From contig NC_043004.1 of the NCBI RefSeq assembly GCF_006345805.1, positions 67,518,001-67,582,000 on the forward strand: DNA of 64,000 nucleotides, read 5' to 3'. Position 1 is the stretch's first letter; each line of letters starts with the position of its first letter. The translations under genes were made by a program, and so were the position numbers. The notes beneath the pieces are model-generated. The model was not told the origin of the DNA and searched no databases. It was given only the letters and a program-made list of their open reading frames with translations. Origin of the DNA: Octopus sinensis (taxonomy: Eukaryota). Positions 25,505 to 39,409 of this stretch are shown piece after piece.

Positions 25505-26670
25505 CTAGCAGCATAGTCCGGCGTTGCCCGGGTATGTAAGAGCCCCTAGTAGGCAACGACTAATCCCAATCTAGTCCTTTCCCTCTAGGGAACGAAGGCG
25601 CATGTGTAGGTTGCAATGTCGTCTCTTCACTCCCAAATAACTATCAAACAGCTATCGATAATTCAACCCAACCAATTCCTACCAGGAAGAAATTACATTC
25701 GAGACTTTACCCCCAACACCGCCACTTCTGCTAATAGCTGCTGCAGCCGCAAGTTATTCGAATACTTTTTTTTGTTTAAACTTTCGTTATAACTACCACC
25801 CCAAACGTTTTACCTTAAATTTTTGACGTACTCTAAGGGTCCTCGGACGCTACTTGCAAACTTTTGGTTTATTATAAACCGCTTTTGTCGTGTGCACCAA
25901 AAAAACCTTTTCCATTCGTTTGTTCAGTTTGGTCACTTTTGACTTTTTCGTTGTTGTCACTCACATTGGTGCCCGCTTATTTGCCATTTTTGTACATATT
26001 TATACATTTTGGGATACTTACTCCACGTGTTTCGAGAGTTAAAATGGTCGAGTTGCGTCCCCTAGACAGTGTGTGGTTTGAGTTTAATACACAAATCGGT
26101 TTGCTATGTGTGCCACATAGGATCTAATTAACCGATTTTTCCAGTAATAAAGTATCCTATTGGAATAAAAAGAGCCATATAACTCCTTGGAGCAGACATG
26201 ATGCTCGCTGTGAATTTAAAAAAAAAATTCATGCCAATTTGTGAAAGATATTGTCGAAAATATGTCATCTTGAATTTGAACGCGATTTCCAAAAATGGCA
26301 TGATTTTATCGATTTTTTCTGATGGTAATATATTGCATGGAAAACTTACGTCAGAATTAAGTTTCTTAGGGTAACATTAAGCTTCACCATGAGTTTGGTG
26401 AAAATCGATTGCAAGTTGCGAAAATTACAATAGAAAATGTGTTGCATATAAAAAGTTTAGATTTTCGATCCCATGTCGAATTTATCAATTTTTTTCAGAA
26501 CTGAGGGAACTTTTCAAACTTTTCGCTGCGTTAGTTTTGAATTATGAGATTGGGCTATGTGTGTGTCAAGTTTTATCAGAATCGGTTGAAAGCCGTGGTA
26601 AGGGTGAGGGTACAACCTGACAGACACACAGACACACAGACAGACAAACTGCCGTTTATATAGAGAGAGA
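25505..26670 (-). mobile_element. Non-autonomous Helitron (~1.17 kb)
   Basis: Minus strand A|TCTCTCTCTATATAAACGGCAGTTTGTCTGTCTGTG... ends CCCGGGCAACGCCGGA hairpin, GCTGCTAG|T. Confidence 0.85.
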
Positions 26671-26981
26671 TACTAAAAGAAATCAGAATTTTATTATTTT
26701 TATAATTAATATTATTTCGTTAGTACAGCTGCCCCGGACAACATATTTTCATTTGCTTACCATTTGCACTTCATACTCTCAATGTTTCCATCCTTTCATA
26801 TGCTGTTTCAAGGAAATGAAGCAAGCACAACCATACAATGGAATATTACTGTCTGCTATTTTCACACGGGGCATGTCATGGGTTGCCCCTTACAAAGGCA
26901 TATATCAGATATTGCATCGTATATATATGTGTATATATATATATGGCCGCAGTCAACTGACTGAAACAAATAAAAGAATAA

Positions 26982-27041
<60 letters not shown>

Positions 27042-27270
27042 ATGTATACATATATATATATATATATATTAGAGGGAAACCATTATGTGGACACCTTTAT
27101 GCTAGAAATAGATCCGCTATGGTCTTACCACAAAGAAATGTTCTCAAGAATAATTTAGCAAAATATATAATACAATTTTACTGAACCTTCAGTTTTTTTT
27201 ATATGCTAGACCACTGGTGTGAAATCGATGTTAATTAAATTAATACCTAATTTCTCACCCTCATTTTAAA

Positions 27271-27333
<63 letters not shown>

Positions 27334-27907
27334 TCTGTGTGTGTGTGTGGTTCTGCTGACTAACGCAGATCTTCCTACTTCGTATTCAGTTACAATACAT
27401 CAAAGAAAACAATCACAATACTCTCAGTATAAACGCATCAAGCAAAAATAAATCAAAATAAAATCAATCTCAGCCAGTCCCGACACTCATTCGACCCTCT
27501 ATTAGTCTGGTGGAGCCTGGTCCATGCAAGCTGTCGGCGCGTCTCTCGAGACCGGAAATAAAATAACACTAAAATCTAATTACAATTTGATAATTCAATG
27601 TAAATTATGTTTGTGAAATAAGCTCAAAACCAACGGATATACATTTTCAATGAGACCCTTGAGATTTGTATAGTTTGAAGACTTAAAAGATTCCAGTAAA
27701 TATTTGGATACAGTGCAGAAGATGCATAGTTATTCTCATTGTCTATGATTCCTTGTCTGTGTTTATATACTGACCGACGACCATACGTTCTTACTGTAAA
27801 AAAGAACTACGGAATTATGCATACACGAACTAAACAGATCACGCAGTGGCACACGCACGAATAGACTTATGCTGACATCGACACTGATGTATATATATAT
27901 ATATATA

Positions 27908-28273
27908 TCTTTTACTATTTTATTTGTTTCAGTCATGTGACTGTGACCATGCTGGAGCACTGCCTTTAGTCGTGCAAATCGACCCCAGGACTTATTCTTT
28001 GTAAGTCTAGTACTTATTCTATCGGTCGCTTTTGCCGAAACGCTAATTTACGGTGACGTAAACACATCGTTTACGTCATCGTAAACAGCATCGTTTGTCA
28101 AGTGATGTTGGGAGGGACAAACACAGACTCACAAGCATATACACACACATACATAAATACATATATACATATATACGACGGGCTTCTTTCAATTTCCGTC
28201 TACCAAATCCCGAGGCTATAGTAGAAGACACTTGCCCAAGGTGTCACGCAATCATCTAGTTCGTAAGCAAGCT
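27908..28273 (-). mobile_element. SINE family A, internally deleted
   Basis: Reverse-complemented family A tail and body. Confidence 0.85.
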
Positions 28274-28527
28274 AGAAATAGCTGAAATTGGGTTCAAAAC
28301 AAAAAGTGGTAAACTACATATATACGAAAAACTTCTAAAGTTTGGTGAGAGTGATTTACAAAATATAATGGTCTTCAATTTAGTTATGTATTTTAGCATA
28401 CAGAAATGCAACTATATGCAAGAGAGAGAGAGAGAGAGAGAAGCACATAGTTTCATATAGATATATCTATTGCAAACATACATATACGCGTGTGATCGCG
28501 CATGCACATGTGTGTATGTGTGTATCA

Positions 28528-28612
28528 TTTTATTCTTTTACTTGCTCGAGTCACTTGTTTAAGGCCATGCTGGAGCACCACCCAAGGTCTTGCTTTTTGA
28601 ACCTATTACTTA
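28528..28612 (-). mobile_element. SINE family A tail fragment
   Basis: TTCTTTTACTTG...GGCCATGCTGGAGCACC. Confidence 0.65.
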
Positions 28613-28613
28613 T

Positions 28614-29450
28614 TGTCAGGTTGGTGCCAAGTTATTGATCGATTTTCGAGTTTTCTATTAGAAATGAAACAGTCCATGATTAAGATAATATTTATACGTT
28701 AATATAATTTCCGTTGCTTTCTAGAACTTCATTCCTTCCGTCAACAAGCTTATAAATGCCATGCTTCTAAAATTATTTAGGCTTTGATGCGAAATATGAA
28801 TCCAACTCATTTCAACTCCTTCGTTCAATGTCAACTTAAGACTATTCAAATGGTTCTGTACTCCCCGAAGCAAGTGATAATCAGAAGGAGCAAGGACTGG
28901 AGAATAATGTGTCCCCACCAAGATCCTCCAAGATATATCTCGTCAGTCGAGCTGTGTGAAGAGGAGCATTATCACGGTGGAAGATGACACTCTTCCTGTT
29001 GACTAAACAAGGTACGCTTTCTGTTCAAAGTAGCTTTCTAACGATGAAGTATAGGTTAGTAGTAATTGTTTGTTGTCTAACAGTTTGTTATAAACAATTC
29101 GTTGAATATCCCAACATGATCTTCCTTGGATGAAGTTCTCTATTTGGTTGTTGAGCAGGTCTTCCTACACGTGACTGATCCACGATCGGTGGAGTTTAAC
29201 GTTATGGTAAAGGATCGACTTCTCATCACCTTTAACAAGCCCTCCTAAAATGGTTCCTTAAGTTATCGTGAGAACACTGACTGACAACAAGCAACACGCT
29301 GTTGCAGATTCTCTGGAGACCCATTTTCCAACCACGGTAATCTTTCCATCTTTTTCAGTTGGTGTAGAATAGTTGTTTGGGCTACGTTAAATTGTTCTGC
29401 AAATTCTCCACAAGTAGCGATTGAATTTTCTGTTACAACAGCTTCCAACT
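28614..29450 (-). pseudogene. Mariner (Tc1/mariner, DD34D-type) transposase remnant
   Basis: Minus strand HTH-like EFAEQFNVAQTTILHQL, catalytic KGDEK.ILYHNVK, and YSPVLAPSDYHL (cf. YSPDLAPSDY); TIR-like TCAGGTTGGTGCCAAGTTATTG at ~28616. Confidence 0.88.
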
Positions 29451-29592
29451 CTTAGCGTTTCGGCAAAAGAGACCGATAGAATAAGTACTAGGCTTACAAA
29501 GAACAACTCCTTGGGTGGATGTGCTCGAATAAAGTCGGTACTCCAGCATGGCCGCAGTCAAAATGACTGAAACAAGTAAAGGAGTAAAAGGA

Positions 29593-29593
<1 letters not shown>
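29451..29593 (+). mobile_element. SINE family A 3' half abutting or inserted in the mariner
   Basis: CTTAGCGTTTCGGCAAAAGAGACCGATAGAATAAGTAC...GACTGAAACAAGTAAAGGAG. Confidence 0.85.
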
Positions 29594-29629
<36 letters not shown>

Positions 29630-30734
29630 ATATGCAGAGTTTTATATGTTTGTTTTTCGTTAGTGCCCATGTCCAATGAATAACATATGCAGCACCATAT
29701 AAATATATTAGTGCAAGTCAAATTGATCACAAGAAGCTTTTACTTCTTCTTCCAAATATCTATGTTTACCCTCTGAACACTCCCCAGATTTAGTTACTCC
29801 CTTGACGATGTGTATCAGAACTTGAATTTGTCATCAGCAATCATCGTCTCTGATAACAAAATTCAGATATTGCCTTAAATATAATATGAAGAATTTTCTC
29901 TGAAATTCATGCTTGTTTATCTTGAAACTGTGTTCGCTACCCCACCCCACTTCTTTTTGATCGTCTGTAACATCTGCTACAGGGTTTTATCTATGCATCA
30001 AATAAGAGAAAGTTTCCAGTAGATTGAGAATATTGTTCGCACATCTCTCAGTACATCACTAACTAGCTTTGGTAATCTCTAATGTTACCACAATTCCTTG
30101 CGCTCACTTATACTGTACAAATAAATTTCGTTGTTATAATGAAGTTATTCATACACCACATGGATAATGGGACTCACATCACATTTTTCTATTCGTCATC
30201 CGATTTTCCACCTCGTGATAGATATTTTTGTTAGGTCTTATGATATTACAAAATAAAGATTGTTTTTTTACAACTTTAAATTTTTTAGCATTTATTTGGA
30301 CATTTGGAGCAAAACGCCTGTGAAGTTGAACTTTATTTTTATCAGAATCTTTACTTCCCATCCTATATGTTATGTAGCTAAATCTTGAATGCATCAGGGC
30401 AAGATCGTACTTATGTTAATAATTTGCAATCCTATGGAGACAAGATATTATCACCAGAAATAATACATCGTTTAAGAAAGTAAGAAATCCTTGAAAGGAA
30501 TTCTTTAGATATTGCACATTTATTCATAAAATACACAATTTATTTTCTTTCAAATATTTTTGTAAATTTTGAAATATGGATAATGAAGAAGAAAAACGCT
30601 AGGTAATAGCGAAAATGCCCAAATTACTCTTACCTGTCTATAGAAAGTGTAACAATCGAAAACATATTTGTAAATATATATCTTTTTAATATTCGATATT
30701 TATAGTAAATTAATCTAATCTTGAATACAATAAA

Positions 30735-30960
30735 GTAAATTGCAGTGTATTGTATTTTTATTTTAGAATATAATACACTACATTAATAAAAAATAAGCTA
30801 AAATGCAAGCAACGTATTATGTTTCAGAATTTGATACACTGCGATAATAAATATCAAACCAAATTGCAGTGTATTATATTTTCATTTTAGAACATAATAC
30901 TCTGTAAATTAAATTATAATAAATGAAATTGAAGTGTATTATATTCTCATTTGTGTAGAT
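30735..30960. repeat. Three diverged direct repeats
   Basis: AAATTGCAGTGTATT(G/A)TATT...TTTTAGAA.ATAATAC at ~30737, ~30860 and ~30927. Confidence 0.6.
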
Positions 30961-32040
30961 AAATTGTCAGGAAGGACAAAGGGTAACGCTCGATCGGTGT
31001 GTTTCTATCCTGCTTATCAGTTCGTTGTTTATCTGTACTTAAAATTTTCGATGATCTCTCCTGGTACAAGATAGCAATAAACTGCAATGTTCCTCTCATG
31101 ACACCCACAACCATATTCTAGAGGAAGTACTGCATCTGACACTGAAGCTCCTGCAGTGCAATGAAGTTCTTGCCTTTAGGAAAGACATCATTCATTGGAC
31201 AAACAACCCTTGCTACCCTCCAACTATTGAAATGAACACATTTCGTCATAGAGTTCCCAATATGGAGTATTCGATGACTAAACAAAGATAACGTATAAGC
31301 GTAGGTAGAGAAATTTATTATCAGGTAATCAGGTTTATGATAAAGACTGCATGATTGTATGAAATGGATTTATGCTTCTGGCCGGCATGAAGAATAGAGG
31401 CTCATTTAATCGACCATTGAAACAATTGTTGTAAAATAATAAAACAGTGAACAAGTACGGAATATATTTTATATGATTAGTTTGCTTTTGCATTTGTACA
31501 CTTTAATCATTATGGGGAAAATATTGCTTTCAAAGAAAGTCCATAATGGACAATACTATGAAGCTTGGAAATGCAATACAGTCAGCAAATTGTGAAGTGC
31601 ATTCTAACGTGACACAACCATTCTACATATAAAGAACGTAGAGTGCAAATCCCTTGTGAAGTTACGCCATATATATTTGTCAAGAGGTAATTTCTTACAT
31701 AAGTACAAAGAAGCAAATATTTATGTGAATATCAAAAATGAATTGCTGCTGAGAAAATGTGTCGTGAAAGCCAAGTCAAATAACTAAAATAATGAATTAA
31801 AATAGCAACAAATTGTGGAATATTATGCAATATTTTCAGAGAATTTCTTTAGTCCTAGAGGCAAAAGATTTATTGTTCATGAGGAATTAATTGAATTAGT
31901 CTGTAGAATGATATTATGTGTCGTTTATAACAATTTTAACAGTGCCATTGTAAAGTAAAATAGAATAAATAGAACAACATTACAATATACATATATGTAT
32001 AAATATATATATATGTATATATGTATATATATTCATATGA

Positions 32041-32072
<32 letters not shown>

Positions 32073-32850
32073 TATATAGATAGATAGATAGATAGATAGA
32101 TGTATTATGTTTGTATGTATGAATATATATTGCAATGTGCCGCGAGCGTCCTAACACTAAAGCGCACTTGTCTCATCAACAACGCTAAGATGTAATTTCA
32201 AAAGAAATATTATTATGTATTTCCATTTATATCTCTTTGTTGAAACGTATATATTTTTTACTATCGAAATAACACTTAAAACTTTATCCTTAGGCGTATA
32301 TATTTCAAATAAATTAATACTGATTTTCTAAGTACTAAGATTGTCAGTTCACGATGAGATATGTCAATGACTAAGCTATTTTATCTATGCTACACTGTTG
32401 TTGCCTTTGAGACAGGTTTGAGCATCATTGAAACACATCTTTCCATCTTCATCTAAAATGCAGGATCACGTCTTTGATTCGAAATATAACAAATGGAAAA
32501 TATATATATATAGTAGACAAGAAATCAAATATTAAAAAAAAATATTATTACGCTTAACTTAAATATATCGCCTTCTTTTGAATTCTGCTTCAAGCAATCC
32601 TACTTCGGTTGTTAATATCTCGAGAGAAATTTACAAGTATTACAAATATAAAAAAAAGATAGAAACTTCCCATCAACATCAAATAACTTAACCACTGCTC
32701 ATTCGAAAAAAATTAATTATTCTTGTTAAGCACGTAGTTAGCGTCACTTACGATTTGAGGAAGATTAAGAAATTTTAACTACAATAATATTTCGAAAAAA
32801 GAGATTAAATTTTTTACACACATGCATATAGATAGATAGATAGATTAGAT

Positions 32851-32908
<58 letters not shown>

Positions 32909-32960
32909 CTCAAGTCTATATGAATGCATTTATATATGTACCTTGCAATGTACGTATACA

Positions 32961-33363
32961 CTTTTACTCTTTTACTTGTTTCAGTCATTTGACTGCGGCC
33001 ATGCTGGAGCACCGCCTTTAATCGAGCAACTCGACCCCGGGACTTATTCTTTTTCTAAGCCCAGTACTTATCCTATCGGTCTCTTTTGCCGAACCGCTAA
33101 GTAACGGGGACATAAACACACCAGCATCGGTTGCCAAGCAATGCTAGGGGGACAAACACAGACACACAAACACACACATACATATATATATACATATATA
33201 CGACGGGCTTCTTTCAGTTTCCGTCTACCAAATCCACTCTCAAGGCTTTGGTCGGCCCGAGGCTATAGTAGAATACACATGCCCAAGGTGCCACGCAGTG
33301 GGACTGAACCCGGAACCATGTGGTTAGTAAACAAGCTACTTACCACACAGCCGCTCCTACGCC
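32961..33363 (-). mobile_element. SINE family A, full length
   Basis: Minus strand GGCGTAGGAGCGGCTGTGTGGTAAG...AAACAAGTAAAAGAGTAAAAG. Confidence 0.93.
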
Positions 33364-33535
33364 TACGTATATGTATTGTTATCATCTTGTATAAATTTTG
33401 TCCACAAATAAACGAATATTATCATTGATTTTATACTAAGATAATGAAATTCATATATTCTAACAACCGATATGTTACCGCTAGGAACAAAAATATATAA
33501 TATATGTATATATATATATATATATATATAATATC

Positions 33536-33571
<36 letters not shown>

Positions 33572-33635
33572 GGTGTGTATAAATTAACACAATTAATAAA
33601 CAAGTGTATATTTATATAAATTAACTGAATGAGGT

Positions 33636-34086
33636 AAAATAAAATCAAGGCAGTGAATAGTGTTCAGAACACTTACTGCAGTTTCCGAGATATTTTATAG
33701 ATCCCTTCATCAGGGTCGATGCGAGAACTTGTTTAATTAATAGTTATAGAGAAGATATGAGTAGAGTGGAGGAACGAAAATAGACGTGAGATACGTAAGG
33801 ATATTGTATCTGAATTCCATTATTTAAGCAGATTAGTGTATGTATAAGTTTCCTACGAAATTCTGCTTAAATAATGGAACTACAGATACAATACCCTTAC
33901 GTGTCTCACATCTGTTTTCATTCCTCCATCTCACTCTGTATTTCATAACATCTCTATAATAATTATTTCTTACATGATTTCTGGCACCGTCTCTGATGGT
34001 GGGATATATAAAAAATCCCGAAAACAGCTGTAAGACCTTCCTTTTATAAATTTTCTGATAACTATTCACCGCCTTGGATTATTTTA
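33636..34086. repeat. Fold-back with ~200-bp arms, each with a decayed hammerhead motif
   Basis: 33636-33832 is the reverse complement of 33861-34086 (diverged). Confidence 0.8.
33989..34036 (+). ncRNA. Degenerate type I hammerhead motif
   Basis: GTCT-CTGATGG-T-GGGAT..ATCCC-GAAA-A-CAGCTG-TA-AGAC; A9G and one extra A; partner copy on minus at ~33670-33717 has intact CTGATGA. Confidence 0.65.
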
Positions 34087-34328
34087 TCTTATTCTGTAAC
34101 TTTTTATATATCTATGCATGCTAAAACACGACCTACGTTGGGCTTCCCATTCGTATCATTATCGAACCTGGTACTTAACTATAGTCTGAACATAGCACTT
34201 ATTCAGCTTTACCTGACACCTTCGGTTCTTCTTGACGCCGTTACCTCTCATAACCTTGATATGTGTGTCTACTACATACATATATATATATATATATAAT
34301 ATATATATATATATATTAATATATATAT

Positions 34329-34360
<32 letters not shown>

Positions 34361-34524
34361 CTTATATATATATCATATAATATATATTATATATTATATA
34401 ATATTATATATATATATATAATATTATATTATATATATATATATGCAATATTACATTATATATATTTAAAATATTATATATATATATATATAATATAATA
34501 TTATATTATATTATATAAGGTAGA

Positions 34525-34950
34525 TCATGGTATGATATGCCACAAACTCTGTGACCTCGGTATAGCTGGAAAACTTGGAGTGCGGTTGCATGACTTCCTG
34601 AAAGATAGGAGTCAGGCAGTAGTGGTTAATGGAACCACTTCTATGAACACACAAATAGTGAGCGGTGTTCCACAGGGCACTGTCTTGGGACCGCTGCTTT
34701 TTATAGTGGCCCTCTCAGATATGCCCTCAAATGCCCGGATAGCCACTCTGACCAGCTATGCAGACGATACGAAAGTCTCGCAGAAAATACAGAACCTCAG
34801 CGATGTTGTACACCTGCAGCAGGAGTTAGACTCAATCTACAGATGGGCTGAGGATAATAATTTGCAGCTTAATGCTGAAAAATTCCATACCCTGCGCTAC
34901 CAGCATCCACAACTGAATATGAAACTTACAGAATTCACCGGTCCACAGGG
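34525..34950 (+). pseudogene. CR1/L2-type LINE reverse-transcriptase fragment
   Basis: SGVPQGTVLGPLLF, YADDTK, LQLNAEKF. Confidence 0.88.
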
Positions 34951-35517
34951 AAATACAAAATACAAAGATATATCTTGATATCGCTCTTGATATAAAAAAT
35001 TAAATTAAAGAAGAGACTATTGTCTATAAAGTATACAATGTAGAGAAAAAGGATTTGAACACGTGGACTATGGTGCGACTATGAAAGGTATCTAATCAGA
35101 GGCTGTAAATTCGCCACAATAGAAGCAAGGTTCGAGTCAACGGAGCGTGCAAGGAAGTACTCGACTCGAACTTGCAAAGTGGAAATATTTTATTTTTACC
35201 TTTATATCTGGGACGTCCAATGTCTCGGATGAAAATTTAAAATGTACCCCCAGAAGTAGAGGTAGGCTGGATGTAGCCACACTTCTACAGAGGGAGGACA
35301 AGATACAATGATCGAAATTACAAGAGACGGGCTAACAATTCCAGTCCGTTATATATTTTTTGTATTGTTATCACGAGCGATATCAAGATATAACTTTGTA
35401 GTTTGCATTTTATGTGTAGATGTATATATAATAGATGTACTGTAATATGTACACATATATATAACATATATACATGCACTAGCACTATGACCGACAACGA
35501 CGGGTCTTTAATGCTAG
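34951..35517 (+). mobile_element. 5'-truncated copy of the 22341 Helitron with an inverted head segment
   Basis: 35003-35517 closely matches ~22810-23353 and ends CTAG|T; 34951-35000 is the reverse complement of ~35352-35410. Confidence 0.85.
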
Positions 35518-35591
35518 TATATATATATATAATATAATATTGCATTATGTATATATATATATATAATATAATGATATATATATTATGTATG

Positions 35592-35624
<33 letters not shown>

Positions 35625-35637
35625 TGTGTGTGTGTGT

Positions 35638-35808
35638 GGAGGCGCAATGGCCCAGTGGTTAGGGCAGCCGACTCGCGGTCGTAGGATCGCGGTTTCGATT
35701 CCCAGACCGCGCGTTGTGAATGTTTATGAGCGAAAAACACAGGCCAACAGAAGAAAGAGTGGGAGAAAGAGTGGTGAAAGAGTACAGCAGGATCACCACC
35801 CTGCCGGA
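35638..35808 (+). mobile_element. SINE family B head with an inverted downstream segment
   Basis: Head 35638-35740 on plus; 35741-35808 is the reverse complement of the family B central region. Confidence 0.8.
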
Positions 35809-35829
35809 TATCTACTCTCAACAGTGCGC

Positions 35830-36403
35830 CTTTAAATATGGTTCTGATTATAAATATCTTGGGTCATACATATCATCATCTGAAAGACTTTCTAACTAGA
35901 AAGGGTATGGGCCTGGTCAGCCTGTAATGACATCATAAGATCTGAGTCATCAAATCTAAGTAGAGACTTCAAACTTGAAATATTCAAAGCGACAGTCGAA
36001 CCAATTCTACTATATGGCTCAGAAACCTGGACGTTATCAAAGAAGTTGAGAGGCGGTTGGATGGAACCTACACTCGCCTCCTTATCAGAGCCCAAAATCT
36101 CTCGTGGAAGCGCCATCCAACCAAATGCAAATATATGGGAAATTACCACCGTGTCATCTCTTGTGGAAGGTAGGAGAGTCCAGTTTGCTGGACATTGTTG
36201 TAGAGCTGAGAAAAGAAGTAATTTCTACTCTTCTCTCTGGAAGCATCTACTCGCAATACCAGAGGGCGCACACTCTCCTACCCTGATGTAATCTCCAGGG
36301 ATACAGGCATCCAGCACAGGACCGCTCGTAATGCTATGATGGACCGTGAAGTCTGGCGTAACATAGTAATTACATTGTCTCGACCACGGTCGAACAATGA
36401 TGA
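35830..36403 (+). pseudogene. RTE-clade LINE 3' fragment
   Basis: Frameshifted YKYLGS, PILLYGSETWTL, RRVQFAGHC; short ATG/GAT-repeat tail. Confidence 0.82.
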
Positions 36404-36801
36404 TATGTATATATATATGTATGTATATATATTATTTATATATAATATATATGTGTAGTATGCATTTATGTATATATATGCATCAATTTCTTTGCTTATT
36501 GTACTTCATGGCTATAATAATCAGACAGCAATATCAGAGCAATTAACACTTACAAAAGGAGAAGAAAATTAGATTTTACGAAGGATATGTATGAGAAACA
36601 TTTAACACATCTTACTACATGCTTTCGCATTTTTACGCAAATGTACTTTGATGTGAGTCTGAGAATTTCAAGTTATTATATTGATGATAGTTGTTCACTA
36701 CAATCATATAAATAATCAGGAAGTTGAACCGAAAGATAAACGTTTCAAAAAGCTTCAGCGCTTAATCAAATATAAGCGAACAGGACAACAAACTTTTACT
36801 T

Positions 36802-36901
36802 NNNNNNNNNNNNNNNNNNNNNNNNNNNNNNNNNNNNNNNNNNNNNNNNNNNNNNNNNNNNNNNNNNNNNNNNNNNNNNNNNNNNNNNNNNNNNNNNNNN
36901 N
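36802..36901. other. Assembly gap (100 N)
   Basis: Run of N; the flanks may not be contiguous. Confidence 1.
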
Positions 36902-36945
36902 TAGATAGATAGATAGATAGATAGATAGACAAATAGATAGATAGT

Positions 36946-37010
<65 letters not shown>

Positions 37011-37023
37011 TAGATAGATAGAT

Positions 37024-37054
<31 letters not shown>

Positions 37055-37067
37055 TAGGCAGACAGAC

Positions 37068-37128
<61 letters not shown>

Positions 37129-37172
37129 TATAGATAGATAGACAAATGGATAGATAGTTAGATAGATAGATA
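36902..37172. repeat. (TAGA)n microsatellite
   Basis: Direct inspection. Confidence 0.95.
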
Positions 37173-38198
37173 GAATTTGGAAATCCATTGTTCATTCTAG
37201 CGACGCAATGGAGCGTATAAAACTGATTACAGTTTCATGAAACAACACAACAATACGAGAGGTAGAGAGCCAGGGAAAGGAGATATTGAAAGAGAGATTG
37301 AAGCTGAGAGATAGAGAGGGAGGAAGAGAGATTGAGAGAGAGAGAGAGAAAGGGTGATACCATAACTTGGTTGGTAATCATACAAGCAGGGTACCTGGAG
37401 CTATATGAAATGAAGTTTCTTGCTGAAGGTAACAATGCTGCCGATTCTGTTCCAGAAATCGATCTTTAATAATCGTATATCCAACACCGTATACGACTGG
37501 CTACTCAGCACTCCGTTCATATAATGCAAATTAAATAAAAAATAGTTTTCAAAAATGAACGTTAAATAAACAAATATTTCAAATTCATTTTTTTTATGTT
37601 ACAATTCATGATTACATAAAAAGAAATGCAATGTATTCTGGGAATTTATTTTTCCATAATAGACACATATTTATTTTTCAACATCTCGTTAACAATCTCT
37701 GAAACATAATGCAGTATTATTGATGACGAAAGAAAAAAAAATGAAGTCATTTAACATAATAATGTGACTGCTTAACAAACATGAAGTTGTAAGAAAGGAA
37801 TTTAATTGAAAAAATTTTGGTAACTCATACATTTTTTTAACAATGAAGAAAACTTTATAGAAATTTACACTGGCGTATTTAATGCTGGTTAATGTATAGC
37901 TTAGAGACTTCAATTACTGGATATAGTATATGTAGTATGATGTATTGTGAAGCAATACGAAAGATATCTATACAAAGATACAGAGACAGGCACACTTAGA
38001 GGCAAACGCATATACATGTATGTATATATATACATACATTATATATATGTGTGTGGTGTGTGTGTATATGTATATATGTCTCTATATATATATGTATATA
38101 TGTATATATATATGTATATATGTATATATGTCTATATATATGTATATATATATATATTATGTATATATGTATATATGTCTATATATATATATATGTAT

Positions 38199-38232
<34 letters not shown>

Positions 38233-38543
38233 GTGTGTGTGTGTATAGCGAGATAGATATATTCATGTATGTACGTTTGTGCGTATATTTGTATGCATAC
38301 ATGCATGCATGTATGTATATATGTATGTATGTATGCGTTAAGTAATATATGGAAGAATGAGAGTTCAGTATCATAATAAGCTATAACAATATATTTCGGT
38401 TGAAAGAGGCAGCTGCCACTCTAGCAGTTAGCCGAGCGTATAGTTTATTAAAGCGATGAACAACCGGCTCAATATACATACTTGCATACAAGTATTAACG
38501 TGTCATATATAAATACAGATTATAAACATAGATACGTACATAC

Positions 38544-38649
<106 letters not shown>

Positions 38650-38874
38650 GTATGTGTGCGTTTCTCTGTGTGTGTGTGTGTCTGTTTGTGTTTGTGTGTG
38701 TGGTGTGCGTGTGTGTGGTGTGTGTGTGTGAGTGTGTGTATTTATACAACAAGAAATAATATTTGTCCCCGTTCACAGAAAGAAAAAGGTTTATAGAACT
38801 GCGGAATTGCTCAAATATAAATGAGACGAAGATAAATTTGATGTTTGTTCTATAACCGATGCCTTTATATATAT

Positions 38875-39287
38875 ACTCTTTTACTCTTTTACTTGTTTCA
38901 GTCATGTGACTGCGGCCATGCTGGAGCACCACCTTTAGTCGATCAAATCGACCCCGGGACTTATTCTTTGTAAGCCCAGTACTTATTCTTTCGGTCTCTT
39001 TTTGTCGAACCACTAAGTGATGGGGACGTAAACACACCAGCATCTGTTGTCAAGCGATGGTGGGGGACAAACACAGACACACAAACATGCACACACACAC
39101 ACATATATATATATATACATATATACGACAGGCTTCTTTCAGTTTCCGTCTACCAAATCCACGCACAAGGCATTGGTTGGCCCGAGGCTATAGCATAAAA
39201 CACTTGCCCAAGATGCCACGCAGTGGGACTGAACCCGGAACCATGTGATTGGTAAGCGAGCTACTTACCACACAGCCACTCCAGCGC

Positions 39288-39288
<1 letters not shown>
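38875..39288 (-). mobile_element. SINE family A, full length
   Basis: Minus strand GGCGCTGGAGTGGCTGTGTGGTAAG...AAGTAAAAGAGTAAAAGAGT. Confidence 0.93.
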
Positions 39289-39355
<67 letters not shown>

Positions 39356-39409
39356 ATATGGGCAATGTATATATATATATAATATAGATATATATATATA
39401 TATATATAA

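Noticed and set aside
26315-26356. CTGATGG...GAAAACTTACGTCAGAA hammerhead-like string inside a Helitron
   Set aside because: A9G, poor stem II register and no repeat architecture; probably chance.
27500-27555. CTGGTGG-AGCC...GGC-GCGTC resembling an HHR missing GAAAC
   Set aside because: Two core mutations plus a deletion and no stem I; too degenerate.
30735-30960. CRISPR-like repeat-spacer pattern
   Set aside because: Repeats are diverged and AT-rich with irregular spacing, in a eukaryotic context with no cas genes.
31000-31900. Possible decayed hAT/DNA transposase (also 29700-30100, 44050-44700, 850-1010)
   Set aside because: Frames are full of stops and no diagnostic motif could be confirmed by eye.
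36802-36901. Any structure spanning the N run
   Set aside because: Scaffold gap of nominal size; continuity is unknown.
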